64,000 nt of DNA, from positions 1-64,000 of the forward strand of contig RXIG01000004.1 of NCBI GenBank assembly GCA_004212155.1, read 5' to 3'. The position numbers were made by a program, and so were the translations under genes. Position 1 is the stretch's first letter. Every line of letters starts with the position of its first letter. This DNA comes from an archaeon. GTDB lineage: Archaea > Methanobacteriota_B > Thermococci > Methanofastidiosales > NM3. Positions 18,170 through 26,928 of the stretch are shown here, piece by piece. The notes beneath the pieces are model-generated. The model was not told the origin of the DNA. It made no database searches and saw only the letters and a list, made by a program, of their open reading frames with translations.

Positions 18170-18314
18170 TGTCCAACTAATGGATATTAGCTGTTTTGTA
18201 TGTATGATGACTTAGCTGGACACTACAAGGGAGATGATGGTCATCCCGCCACATCCTTCTTTTCCAAACGGGTCGTGGCCAGAAAGCCCATCTCCAACCA
18301 ATGGTGGAGATCTC
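18170..18314 (+). promoter_or_regulatory. Long structured glnA 5' leader (candidate cis-regulatory RNA)
   Basis: TATA TTTATATA at 18141-18148. Stem 18170-18180/18212-18222. Segment 18289-18295 can pair with either 18230-18236 or the SD at 18303-18311. Confidence 0.55.
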
Positions 18315-19670
18315 ATTAATGGATCAAGGAACAAGACCGCCAGACAGGAAGAACTATTAGGTCAAGTCAACAGACAGCTTGATGAGGAGAACATCAAGTT
18401 CATTCGCCTGCAGTTCGTTGACATCAACGGTGCAGTGAAAAGCCTTGCAATATCGCCACAGAATCTCGAGGACGTCGTCGCCAACGGCATCATGTTCGAT
18501 GGGTCGTCTGTAGAGGGATATGCCCGCGTGCAGGAGTCTGACATGATGCTTAGGCCAGACCTTTCCACGTTTAGCATCATTCCCTGGGCCAGCAACTCCC
18601 ACAAGACCGCACGCATCATCTGCGACGTATACAACTTCGACGGAAAGGAACCGTTCGAGGGCGATCCGAGACAGGTGCTCAAGCGAGCGATCACCAACAT
18701 GCAGTCAGAACTTGGCTCCGATGTGATCTTCAATGCCGGACCAGAGGTGGAGTTCTATCTTCTTAGGAAGACTGAGCGGGGGTATGTGCCCCATGACGAC
18801 GGGTCGTACTTCGACTACTCGCCCCTCGACCTCGCCGAGGACATTCGCAAGGACAGTGCGCTTGCCATGATCGACATGGGTATAAACTTCGAGGTCGAGC
18901 ACCACGAGGTCGGTAAGGGCCAGCATGAGATCGACTTCCATTTCGACGATGCGCTCACCGTTGCCGATCACGTCATCACGTGCAAGTTCATCGTGAAGAT
19001 CATCGCGCGCATGTACAATACGATCGCCACGTTCATGCCCAAACCGTTCACCAAGATGTCGGGAAACGCCATGCACGTGAATCAGTCACTCTATGATACG
19101 GAGAAGGGGCAGAATCTGTTCTCCAAGGACGATACGCTCTCGGAGCTAGCGCATTTCTACATCGGTGGGCTACTCGAACATGCCAAGGCGCTGACCGCCG
19201 TTACCAATCCGACGATCAACTCCTACAAACGTCTGGTGCCAGGATACGAGGCGCCCGTCTACCTGACATGGGGCAAGCGCGACAGGACATCGCTTGTGCG
19301 CATCCCTGCGGGTAACGACGTCTCCCGACGAACGGAGCTGCGAACGCCCGATTCGTCGTGCAATCCGTATCTTGCCATGGCGGTCATGCTCTCAGCGGGC
19401 ATGGACGGCATCAAGCATCGTATCGACCCTGGAGAGCCCGTTGAGGCACGAAGCCTGTACGACAACGAACAGCGTCGAAGGGAAGAGGGCGTCGATATGC
19501 TGCCACGTACCCTTGGCGATGCGCTCGACGAGCTTATCAAGGATGACGTCATACGCGATGCGCTCGGACCGATAGCCTACAACGAGTTCATGGCATCGGC
19601 CATGCTCGACTGGAACGACCACTGCTCCCAAGTCATGGACTGGGAGCTTGAGCGCTATATCAACATATAA
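18315..19670 (+). CDS. glnA: Glutamine synthetase type I (start ATT 18315 or ATG 18234)
   Basis: FIRLQFVDING, FDGSSVEG, HHEVGKGQHEI, TFMPKP, NSYKRLVPGYEAP, NPYLA. Confidence 0.96.
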   Translation: MNGSRNKTARQEELLGQVNRQLDEENIKFIRLQFVDINGAVKSLAISPQNLEDVVANGIMFDGSSVEGYARVQESDMMLRPDLSTFSIIPWASNSHKTARIICDVYNFDGKEPFEGDPRQVLKRAITNMQSELGSDVIFNAGPEVEFYLLRKTERGYVPHDDGSYFDYSPLDLAEDIRKDSALAMIDMGINFEVEHHEVGKGQHEIDFHFDDALTVADHVITCKFIVKIIARMYNTIATFMPKPFTKMSGNAMHVNQSLYDTEKGQNLFSKDDTLSELAHFYIGGLLEHAKALTAVTNPTINSYKRLVPGYEAPVYLTWGKRDRTSLVRIPAGNDVSRRTELRTPDSSCNPYLAMAVMLSAGMDGIKHRIDPGEPVEARSLYDNEQRRREEGVDMLPRTLGDALDELIKDDVIRDALGPIAYNEFMASAMLDWNDHCSQVMDWELERYINI

Positions 19671-19692
19671 TCGCCCTTTGCGATACCTTAAC

Positions 19693-19730
19693 GGGATGTG
19701 TTACTTGGCACATCTCCCTATCTTTATTTT
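19693..19730 (+). terminator. Hairpin plus T-tract after glnA
   Basis: GATGTG...CACATC stem followed by TCTTTATTTT. Confidence 0.5.
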
Positions 19731-19798
19731 CATACCTTGTGGCGTGAGGATCTCCTTGCATACCATAAGATTTATAAATGAAAATCACTATTTTTAAC

Positions 19799-19816
19799 TG
19801 AACATAAAGTTAACTT
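19799..19816. promoter_or_regulatory. Candidate autoregulatory operator of the Phr/HSR1-like regulator
   Basis: TGAAC-N5-GTTAA overlapping palindrome AAGTTAACTT, downstream of TTTATAAA; resembles the HSR1 box CTAAC-N5-GTTAG. Confidence 0.5.
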
Positions 19817-19853
19817 ATACCCTGGTACTATGAATGATCGCTACGGTGATACG

Positions 19854-20522
19854 ATGGTCGATGAAGACAAGCTATTCAATCTGCTCGGCAACGAGACGCG
19901 ACGGATGATCCTTCGCATGCTCTCATCAGGCCCCTGCTATACGACGGAGATAGCCGAGAAGCTCAACGTGGGGCAAAAAGCGATTAACGAGCACATGCGC
20001 CTTCTCCAGGAGGCGGGTCTTGTCGACCTTTACGTGCAAAAGCAGAGCCGTGGCAGTCCGCGCAAGTACTTCAAGATCAACAAGAGCGTACGTCTCGAAT
20101 TTTTCATTGGTCCGTACCGATTCGACACAAGCCTCGCCAAGCTCTTCGATGGCGATTTCAAAAAACTTTTCCTTGAGTTCCCTCAGCTCAAGGAGTTCGA
20201 GGAGAAGGTCAAGAAGTCGCGCCACATCAGGGAGATCAGCAAGCTCTCGCTCGTCTTCGATTCGCTCAACGAGGAGCATGCAAAGATCACACAGGCAAAG
20301 GATTATATCGAGCACAAGATGGATCAGGTGCGACAACAGTGCATCTCCGTCTGCGACCAGCTAGGTCTTGATGACACCGAAAAGCGCATCGTCCTCGAGA
20401 TCGTGAGCGCCGGAGGCGTCGTTTCGACAAAGCAGTTGGCCGAGCGTCTCAACATCGAGGAGGATCGCGCCATCTCGGTGCTCTCCGTACTCGAAGACAA
20501 GGGCATACTCCTAACGCAGTGA
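19854..20522 (+). CDS. phr: Heat-shock transcriptional regulator, Phr/HSR1-like (ArsR wHTH, coiled coil, second wHTH)
   Basis: LGNETRRMIL...VGQKAINEH...RGSPRKYFKI...RLE closely parallels the Pyrococcus Phr N-terminus as I recall it. Confidence 0.75.
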   Translation: MVDEDKLFNLLGNETRRMILRMLSSGPCYTTEIAEKLNVGQKAINEHMRLLQEAGLVDLYVQKQSRGSPRKYFKINKSVRLEFFIGPYRFDTSLAKLFDGDFKKLFLEFPQLKEFEEKVKKSRHIREISKLSLVFDSLNEEHAKITQAKDYIEHKMDQVRQQCISVCDQLGLDDTEKRIVLEIVSAGGVVSTKQLAERLNIEEDRAISVLSVLEDKGILLTQ

Positions 20523-20639
20523 TCCCTTACCATTGCGTTGCCGTTTTTGGCACATACGGCTTCTTTTTTGTCCCAGATGCGATATAAAAAGGTTTATTAA
20601 TATTGCCTTTTATCTTGGCAGTAAATCACTCAAGGTGTC

Positions 20640-23306
20640 ATGATGGATGCAAAGACATTGAAGGCCACGTTCAGGGAAAAGGCCTCAAAGGACTACAGGA
20701 AATACTTTGCGATCGACGTGCTCGAGGAGAAGGGATACCAGCGTTCACAGTGCAAAAAGTGCGGGAAGTACTTCTGGTCGGTCGGTGAGCGAGACGTCTG
20801 CGGCGACCCCGACTGCGAAGGGGGGTACTCGTTCATTGACGACTCTCCTGCCCGTCCGATGGACTACATCGAAACGTGGAAGGAGTTCTCCGGAGCGTTT
20901 GATGGCATGGGGTACACCACCATACCCCGATATCCTGTGGTGGCGCGCTGGCGCGACGACACCGAATTCGTACAGGCATCCATCTACGACTTCCAACCGC
21001 ATGTGGTCTCGGGGGCCGTCTCGCCACCTGCAAATCCCCTCGTCGTTCCGCAGTTTTGCCTTCGATTCAACGACACGGACAACGTGGGCGTGTCTGGCCG
21101 ATCGTTTACCGGCTTTGTCATGATAGGCCAGCATGCGTTCACGAAAAAGGATGCCTTCGATCAGGAGAAGTACTTTCGCGACATCTACCGGTGGTTGACC
21201 GAGGGGATGGGAATACCTCGCTCAGAACTTGTCTTCCACGAGGACGGCTGGGCGGGCGGCGGCAACTTCGGCCCGTGTATGGAGTTTTTCTCCCGCGGCG
21301 TCGAGCTGGGCAATCAGGTATACATACTCTATGAGCTCACCCCTTCGGGGTCTCGCGAACTCGATCTCAAGGTGCTTGACATGGGGGCGGGCCAGGAGCG
21401 ATTCACGTGGTATTCACAGGGATCGCGCACGATCTATGATCCCGTCTTCCCCACCGTGCTTGACCATCTCTACGACCGATCTCCACATTCATACGACTTT
21501 GACCTGTTCACCACGTTCGCGCCGCACTCGGGCATGCTCAATGCCGACGAGAACGAGGACATGCAGCAGACATGGGCGGATGTCGCATCACGCGTGGGCA
21601 CCGACGTGACCACGCTAAGGGAAGCCGTGATGCCCATTGCCGCCACCTACTCCATAGCAGACCATTCGCGTTCGCTCCTCTTTGCCCTGGCTGACGGTGC
21701 GCTTCCATCAAACGTCGGCGGGGGCTACAACCTCCGGGTGCTCTTCAGGCGTGCCCAGTACTTCATCGAGAAGTACGGCATCGACACGACGATGGGTGAG
21801 CTGTGCAGGCTTCATGCAGAGTACCTTGCCCCCGAGTTCCCTTTCAGCGAAGAGGCGCTCGATGACGTTGAACGCATCCTCAAGGTCGAGGAGGAAAAGT
21901 ACGGCGTTGCGACAACCAAGGCGCGAAAGACCGTGCGTTCCCTGCTCGAGAAGAACAAGGTTACAAACGACAAGCTCATTGAACTCTATGATTCACAGGG
22001 CGTCACGCCCGAGATGGTCTGTGAGCAGGCAGAACAGCTCGGTGTATCGGTATCGATACCGCCGGACTTCTACAATAAGGTGACCGAGCGACAGCAGACC
22101 TCGCGAAAGGAACCGAAAGAGAAGCGCGAGTTCAAGGCGTCGCTTCCCGGCACACGCATGCTCTACTACGAATGCGAGGAGGACAACTCGTTTGATGCCA
22201 CCGTCCTTTGGACCGAGGGCAACGACGTCGTCCTCGACAAGACGCTCTTTTACCCCGAGGGCGGTGGGCAGGCACATGACCTGGGCAGGATCAGCGGGAT
22301 AGAGGTCGTTTCGGTCCAAAAGCATGGTGCCGTCATCGTCCATACGCTCGAACACGACCCGCACTTCTCGGAAGGCGACATGGTAAAGGGCCATATCTAC
22401 TCCGAACGCCGCCAGGCGCTCACGCGCCACCATACCGCCACACACATCATCAATGCGGCGGCTCGCTCCGTGCTTGGCAATCATGTTTGGCAGGCAGGCG
22501 CCGAGAAGACGCCGTCCAAGGCACGTCTTGACATTACGCATTATGCAGGGCTTACCGACGAGGAGTTCGAGCGCATCGAGCTCCTTGCCAACTCGTACGT
22601 CCTAAAGGACATTCCGGTGACCAAGACATTCATGGACCGAGACGAGGCGGAGAAACGCTACGGTTTTCGCATCTACCAGGGCGGCGCCGTCCCGGGAAAC
22701 GTGTTGCGCATCGTTGCCATCGACGACCTTGACGTCGAGGCGTGCGGTGGCACGCACTGTTCATCGACGGGCGAGATAGGTCCTATCAAGCTCATACGCT
22801 CCGAGAAGATACAAGACGGCATCGTTCGCCTCGAATACGCCGCGGGCCTCCAGGCGATACGCGTCATACAGGAACAGTCAAGGCTCGTACGCGATGCTGC
22901 GCACGTGTTCAGGGTAGAGCCTTCCCAGCTTGTTGGTGCAAGCGAACGGTTCTTCACCGAATGGAAGGAGCAGCGCAAGGAGATCGAGCGCCTCAAGGAA
23001 GAAGTGGCAAATATGAAGCGTTCGACACTTTCTTCCGCATTTGTTGAAAAGGACGGATTGAGGCATTTAGTGGCCACCCTAGAGGGCGATCAGAACGTCT
23101 TGCGCAACACAGCGTTTTCCCTGTCAGGCGAGGACACCGTCGTCGTGCTCTCAAACGGAAAGCTCCTCATGGTCGTCTGCGGCGCAAGGGCGCAGGAAAA
23201 GGGTTACAACGCCAACGAGGTCATCCGTTCTTACGGCAAGGGCGGAGGCAATGCGGAGTTCGCCCAAGGTGTGCTCACCGGGAAACTTCCAGAGAACGGG
23301 GCATGA
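20640..23306 (+). CDS. alaS: Alanine-tRNA ligase (archaeal type)
   Basis: RYPVVARWRDD, ASIYDFQP, HTATH, CGGTH editing motifs. Confidence 0.96.
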   Translation: MMDAKTLKATFREKASKDYRKYFAIDVLEEKGYQRSQCKKCGKYFWSVGERDVCGDPDCEGGYSFIDDSPARPMDYIETWKEFSGAFDGMGYTTIPRYPVVARWRDDTEFVQASIYDFQPHVVSGAVSPPANPLVVPQFCLRFNDTDNVGVSGRSFTGFVMIGQHAFTKKDAFDQEKYFRDIYRWLTEGMGIPRSELVFHEDGWAGGGNFGPCMEFFSRGVELGNQVYILYELTPSGSRELDLKVLDMGAGQERFTWYSQGSRTIYDPVFPTVLDHLYDRSPHSYDFDLFTTFAPHSGMLNADENEDMQQTWADVASRVGTDVTTLREAVMPIAATYSIADHSRSLLFALADGALPSNVGGGYNLRVLFRRAQYFIEKYGIDTTMGELCRLHAEYLAPEFPFSEEALDDVERILKVEEEKYGVATTKARKTVRSLLEKNKVTNDKLIELYDSQGVTPEMVCEQAEQLGVSVSIPPDFYNKVTERQQTSRKEPKEKREFKASLPGTRMLYYECEEDNSFDATVLWTEGNDVVLDKTLFYPEGGGQAHDLGRISGIEVVSVQKHGAVIVHTLEHDPHFSEGDMVKGHIYSERRQALTRHHTATHIINAAARSVLGNHVWQAGAEKTPSKARLDITHYAGLTDEEFERIELLANSYVLKDIPVTKTFMDRDEAEKRYGFRIYQGGAVPGNVLRIVAIDDLDVEACGGTHCSSTGEIGPIKLIRSEKIQDGIVRLEYAAGLQAIRVIQEQSRLVRDAAHVFRVEPSQLVGASERFFTEWKEQRKEIERLKEEVANMKRSTLSSAFVEKDGLRHLVATLEGDQNVLRNTAFSLSGEDTVVVLSNGKLLMVVCGARAQEKGYNANEVIRSYGKGGGNAEFAQGVLTGKLPENGA

Positions 23307-24060
23307 CACGCTTGTGGGCCGTATTGGTCATCCGTTTGTAAAGGGAACGGGCCAGCGGCTCGTTGCCCACCGTTTTTCCTGCCTGCGTGGGGCTCATGCG
23401 TTCGTCCACGATGAGCGAGAGTATTTTGTCGATCGCATCATAGCTCGCTCCGAGTTCGGCCTCGTCCGTCTGACCTGGATAGAGTCCGGCGCTTGGCGGT
23501 TTTTCCATGATGGCATCGGGAATGCCAAGGGCTGAACCGAGCCAGTATACTTCTGACTTCCACAACGCCCCTATAGGGTAGAGGTCTGCTGCGCTGTCCC
23601 CCCATTTTGTGGAGTATCCTATCAGCCATTCGGACCTGTTCGAGGTGCCGACCACAAGGCGTTTTTCCATGTTGGCGCACAGGTAAAGATAGGTCATGCG
23701 CACGCGTGCCTTCACGTTGCCCAGGGCCATTTGCGAGATCGTCTCCTGGCGCGTGTAGTTGTCCTCCACTGCCTTCACGACACCGCCGATATCGATGACG
23801 GCATGTTGTATGCCAAGCTCCGTACAGAGGTCGACGGCATCCTGCGTGTCCTGTGGGGACGATTGGTCTCCCGCAGGCATGATGAGCGCGAGGGTGTCGA
23901 CGCAGGGGGCGCACAGCGTTGCGACGACTGCGGAATCGATGCCTCCTGACACACCGATGACAACGCCTGCGGCGTCTGCACTGGCAACGAAACCTTTGAT
24001 CCTCTCTCGAAGCGACGCGATGGTGCCTTTGAGCTCACGTTCGCCCATCATAGGCATCAA
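23275..24060 (-). CDS. nadE: NH3-dependent NAD+ synthetase
   Basis: GVSGGIDS, GNVKARVRM, GYSTKWGD, KPPSAGL, QTDE. Confidence 0.95.
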   Translation of the reverse strand: MMPMMGERELKGTIASLRERIKGFVASADAAGVVIGVSGGIDSAVVATLCAPCVDTLALIMPAGDQSSPQDTQDAVDLCTELGIQHAVIDIGGVVKAVEDNYTRQETISQMALGNVKARVRMTYLYLCANMEKRLVVGTSNRSEWLIGYSTKWGDSAADLYPIGALWKSEVYWLGSALGIPDAIMEKPPSAGLYPGQTDEAELGASYDAIDKILSLIVDERMSPTQAGKTVGNEPLARSLYKRMTNTAHKRVMPRSLEVSR

Positions 24061-24659
24061 ATCACCTCAAAAAAGCTCCGAAAGATCGTTTCGATGTTGT
24101 TCTCAAACGATGGGCCGTGCCCGGGGCATATATGCTCGGCTTCGATGCCACGAAGCTTTTTGAAACTCATCTCCATGCTCTTAAAGCTCCCTGATGGAAG
24201 GTCGGTCCTTCCTATGCCGTTCATGAACCAGGTGTCGCCGCTAAAGAGGGTGCGCGTGGCCGTATCGAGCAGGCAAATGCTCCCAGACGTGTGGCCTGGT
24301 GTGTGCACAACCGTGAGCTCATGGTCACCAATGTCGACGACGTCGCCTTCCTTGAGCCTTCTGGCCACGGGAAATCCTTCAAATGATGATGTGAAATGGG
24401 AATACGCAGTCTTCATATCGCCCGTTTCGACAGCGTCTGCGTCGTCCTCGTGGACGTAGATCTCCGTGTTCCAGTTCCCCCCGATATGGTCGTAATGGCA
24501 ATGGGTGTTTATGATTACGTCGATCTCCCTCTCGGATCGTGCAATATACGTTGCGAGCGTGGGGTCGCCGGGAAGGCCCGGGTCGATGAGGATCGTACGG
24601 TCGCCTGTTATTACATACGAGTTCGAACTATACGATTGCGATATGATTTCATATATCAT
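24057..24659 (-). CDS. MBL-fold metallo-hydrolase (glyoxalase II-like)
   Basis: THCHYDHIGG, HTPGHT, SGD, GRTD, PGHG. Confidence 0.9.
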   Translation of the reverse strand: MIYEIISQSYSSNSYVITGDRTILIDPGLPGDPTLATYIARSEREIDVIINTHCHYDHIGGNWNTEIYVHEDDADAVETGDMKTAYSHFTSSFEGFPVARRLKEGDVVDIGDHELTVVHTPGHTSGSICLLDTATRTLFSGDTWFMNGIGRTDLPSGSFKSMEMSFKKLRGIEAEHICPGHGPSFENNIETIFRSFFEVI

Positions 24660-24744
24660 GGGCGGCACTACCATCTCAATCTATAAAGATTTTATGACGT
24701 CCCATCCAAGGGCCGTGTGAGAAAAATAGGTAGTCCAAGCGCAC

Positions 24745-26619
24745 TTACCCGAGGTCTTCCTCAAGGAACGTGCGTACCTTGGATACGAGCTCGTCCTTGT
24801 GCTCGCCAGTAAATGCATAGTCGAACACCTCGGCGATGGTCCTGACGGTGCGTATCGTGGCCTTTTCCTTGTGGCGCGCATCGAGCAGCACGTCATCCTT
24901 ATTCGAACGGGGTACTATGATCTCCTTCATGCCCGCATCGATGGCGGCCTCGATCTTTGCATTGACGCCGCCAATGGGCAGCACCTCGCCCCTAACGGAG
25001 AGAGAACCGGTCATCGCAACGTCCTGGCGGATCGGTATCTGTGTGAGTGCCGATATGACTGCGGTGGCGATCGATATCGATGCCGAATCGCCCTCGACGC
25101 CCTCATAGGCCTGGAGGAACTGTACGTGGATGTCGAAGTTTGATATGTCCTTGCCAATATACTTCTTTGCCAAGGCCGACACGTTTTGCACCGATTCCTT
25201 TGCGATATCGCCAAGCTTGCCAGCGGCAATGATCTTGCCTTCTTCCTTGCTTGCGGAAGGGGCGGCCTCCGCCTCGATCGTGGAGATGATGCCGCTGTCG
25301 CCCATCACCGCAAGGCCGTTGATGCGGCCAATGGCTTGTCCGGTATTACGTATGATCTGGTACTGGCGCTTCTTCTCTATGTACTTGTCCGCTATCTGGT
25401 GCTCGAGCGTGCGCGCCTTGTGCTTTCCTTCGAGCACGTCCTCTACATCGACGATGTCCTTGTCCTTGCGATTGGCGATGTCGCCGGCAGTGCGTATGAG
25501 ACCTCCAAGCTCCCTGATGCGCATGGTGATATACCCCTTCCGCCCCGCGCGGCGCCGGGCCTCGTTGACGATCTCCTGGACAGCGTCGTAGGTGAAGTGG
25601 GGTATCTTGCCGTCCTTGTTGACCTCCTGTGCTACGACCTGCACAATCCGTCTTCTGTTCTCAAGTGTGTCTTTCATCGCATCGTTCATGTAGAGCTCAT
25701 AACCGTATCCACGGATACGTGACCTGAGCGCTGGATGCATGTCGCGAACGGTCTCGATGTTTCCCGCCGCAATAAGCACAAAGTCGCATGGCGCCGATTC
25801 GGTGCGCACCATGGCGCCCGATGACATCTCGCTTTGTCCTGTGATGGAGTATTTGTTATCCTGAAGTGCTGTGAGTATCGCCTGCTGCATCTTGACCTGG
25901 AACGTTGATATCTCGTCAATGAAGAGTACGCCTTTATGTGCCCTATGTATCATACCTGCCTCCACACGTTCATGTGGTGGTGTCCCAAGGCCGCCCGACT
26001 GGAACGGGTCATGTCGCACGTCGCCCAGGAGTGCGCCTGCATGTGCGCCGGTCCCGTCGACGTATGGTGAAGTCGTCTTTTCAGAATTATCGACTAGTAA
26101 CTTTGGAACGAGCGCCCCTCCCTTCGAGCGGGTCATGTTCTGCATGAGAAAGATGAGCAGCACTATAATGAGTATGCCTGTGAGGAGCTGGCCCGTGGTG
26201 AACGCAAGAAAGAGCACGATGGCTATAACGAAGAAGAGCACAATATATTTGGTGTTCTCCTGCTGATTGGCACGTTGCTTGTGGTGATTGACGATCGCCT
26301 TACCCTGACCTGCACGCACCGACCTGATTTTTGGGGTGTTGGGGTCTTCCTCGTTCGGGTAGCATATGATATCCTCGAGCTCCTTGCGTGGAAGGAGCTC
26401 GGCCATGGCCTGGCCCAGCATGGATTTGCCTGTGCCCGGATCACCGATGAGCAGCACGTTGCGGCGCTGCTTCGCAGCTATGCGGATCGTCTCGACGGCC
26501 TCATCCTGCCCTATGACCTGGTCAATGAGCATCTTGGGTATCTCAATTTCCTTGGTCGTCTCGAACGTGAATCCGATATCGTTCTCTTCGGGCATGGGGG
26601 GCTCTTTCTCGTCAGTCAT
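24745..26619 (-). CDS. lonB: Membrane-anchored ATP-dependent protease LonB
   Basis: DQVIGQ, GDPGTGKS, TM insert, FIDE, GDSASI, TGSLSVRG...AKIEAA. Confidence 0.96.
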   Translation of the reverse strand: MTDEKEPPMPEENDIGFTFETTKEIEIPKMLIDQVIGQDEAVETIRIAAKQRRNVLLIGDPGTGKSMLGQAMAELLPRKELEDIICYPNEEDPNTPKIRSVRAGQGKAIVNHHKQRANQQENTKYIVLFFVIAIVLFLAFTTGQLLTGILIIVLLIFLMQNMTRSKGGALVPKLLVDNSEKTTSPYVDGTGAHAGALLGDVRHDPFQSGGLGTPPHERVEAGMIHRAHKGVLFIDEISTFQVKMQQAILTALQDNKYSITGQSEMSSGAMVRTESAPCDFVLIAAGNIETVRDMHPALRSRIRGYGYELYMNDAMKDTLENRRRIVQVVAQEVNKDGKIPHFTYDAVQEIVNEARRRAGRKGYITMRIRELGGLIRTAGDIANRKDKDIVDVEDVLEGKHKARTLEHQIADKYIEKKRQYQIIRNTGQAIGRINGLAVMGDSGIISTIEAEAAPSASKEEGKIIAAGKLGDIAKESVQNVSALAKKYIGKDISNFDIHVQFLQAYEGVEGDSASISIATAVISALTQIPIRQDVAMTGSLSVRGEVLPIGGVNAKIEAAIDAGMKEIIVPRSNKDDVLLDARHKEKATIRTVRTIAEVFDYAFTGEHKDELVSKVRTFLEEDLG

Positions 26620-26928
26620 GGGAATCTTGTTTAGACTACATATGGTTAATTTATAAACGTATCGTCTTTTCAGCCCATGGCCATAAGGGGTACTCTTGCC
26701 CTATAATATCCATTTTTACATAACGAATTGGCAATACAAAAACCACATTCTATGCCCGCATCATGGGCGTGGCCCTGATAAAAAAGTGCCACGATGTCTG
26801 TGTCACACATCGTTTGTTGACGGTCTCGAAGCACAATGCCGCGTTACAGCCGTCATGTCAACATGCTGTTTTGTCGCGGGTTGTCCGTTCAGCACCAGAG
26901 GATAGAAATGTTGGTGCCTACCGTGCCT

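Noticed and set aside
18148-18240. C/D box sRNA suggested by ATGATGA motifs
   Set aside because: There is no suitably placed CTGA D box, and one motif overlaps the TATA region.
24745-26619. Intein in LonB, as found in some Thermococcales
   Set aside because: The protein is 624 aa with continuous motifs and no intein signatures.
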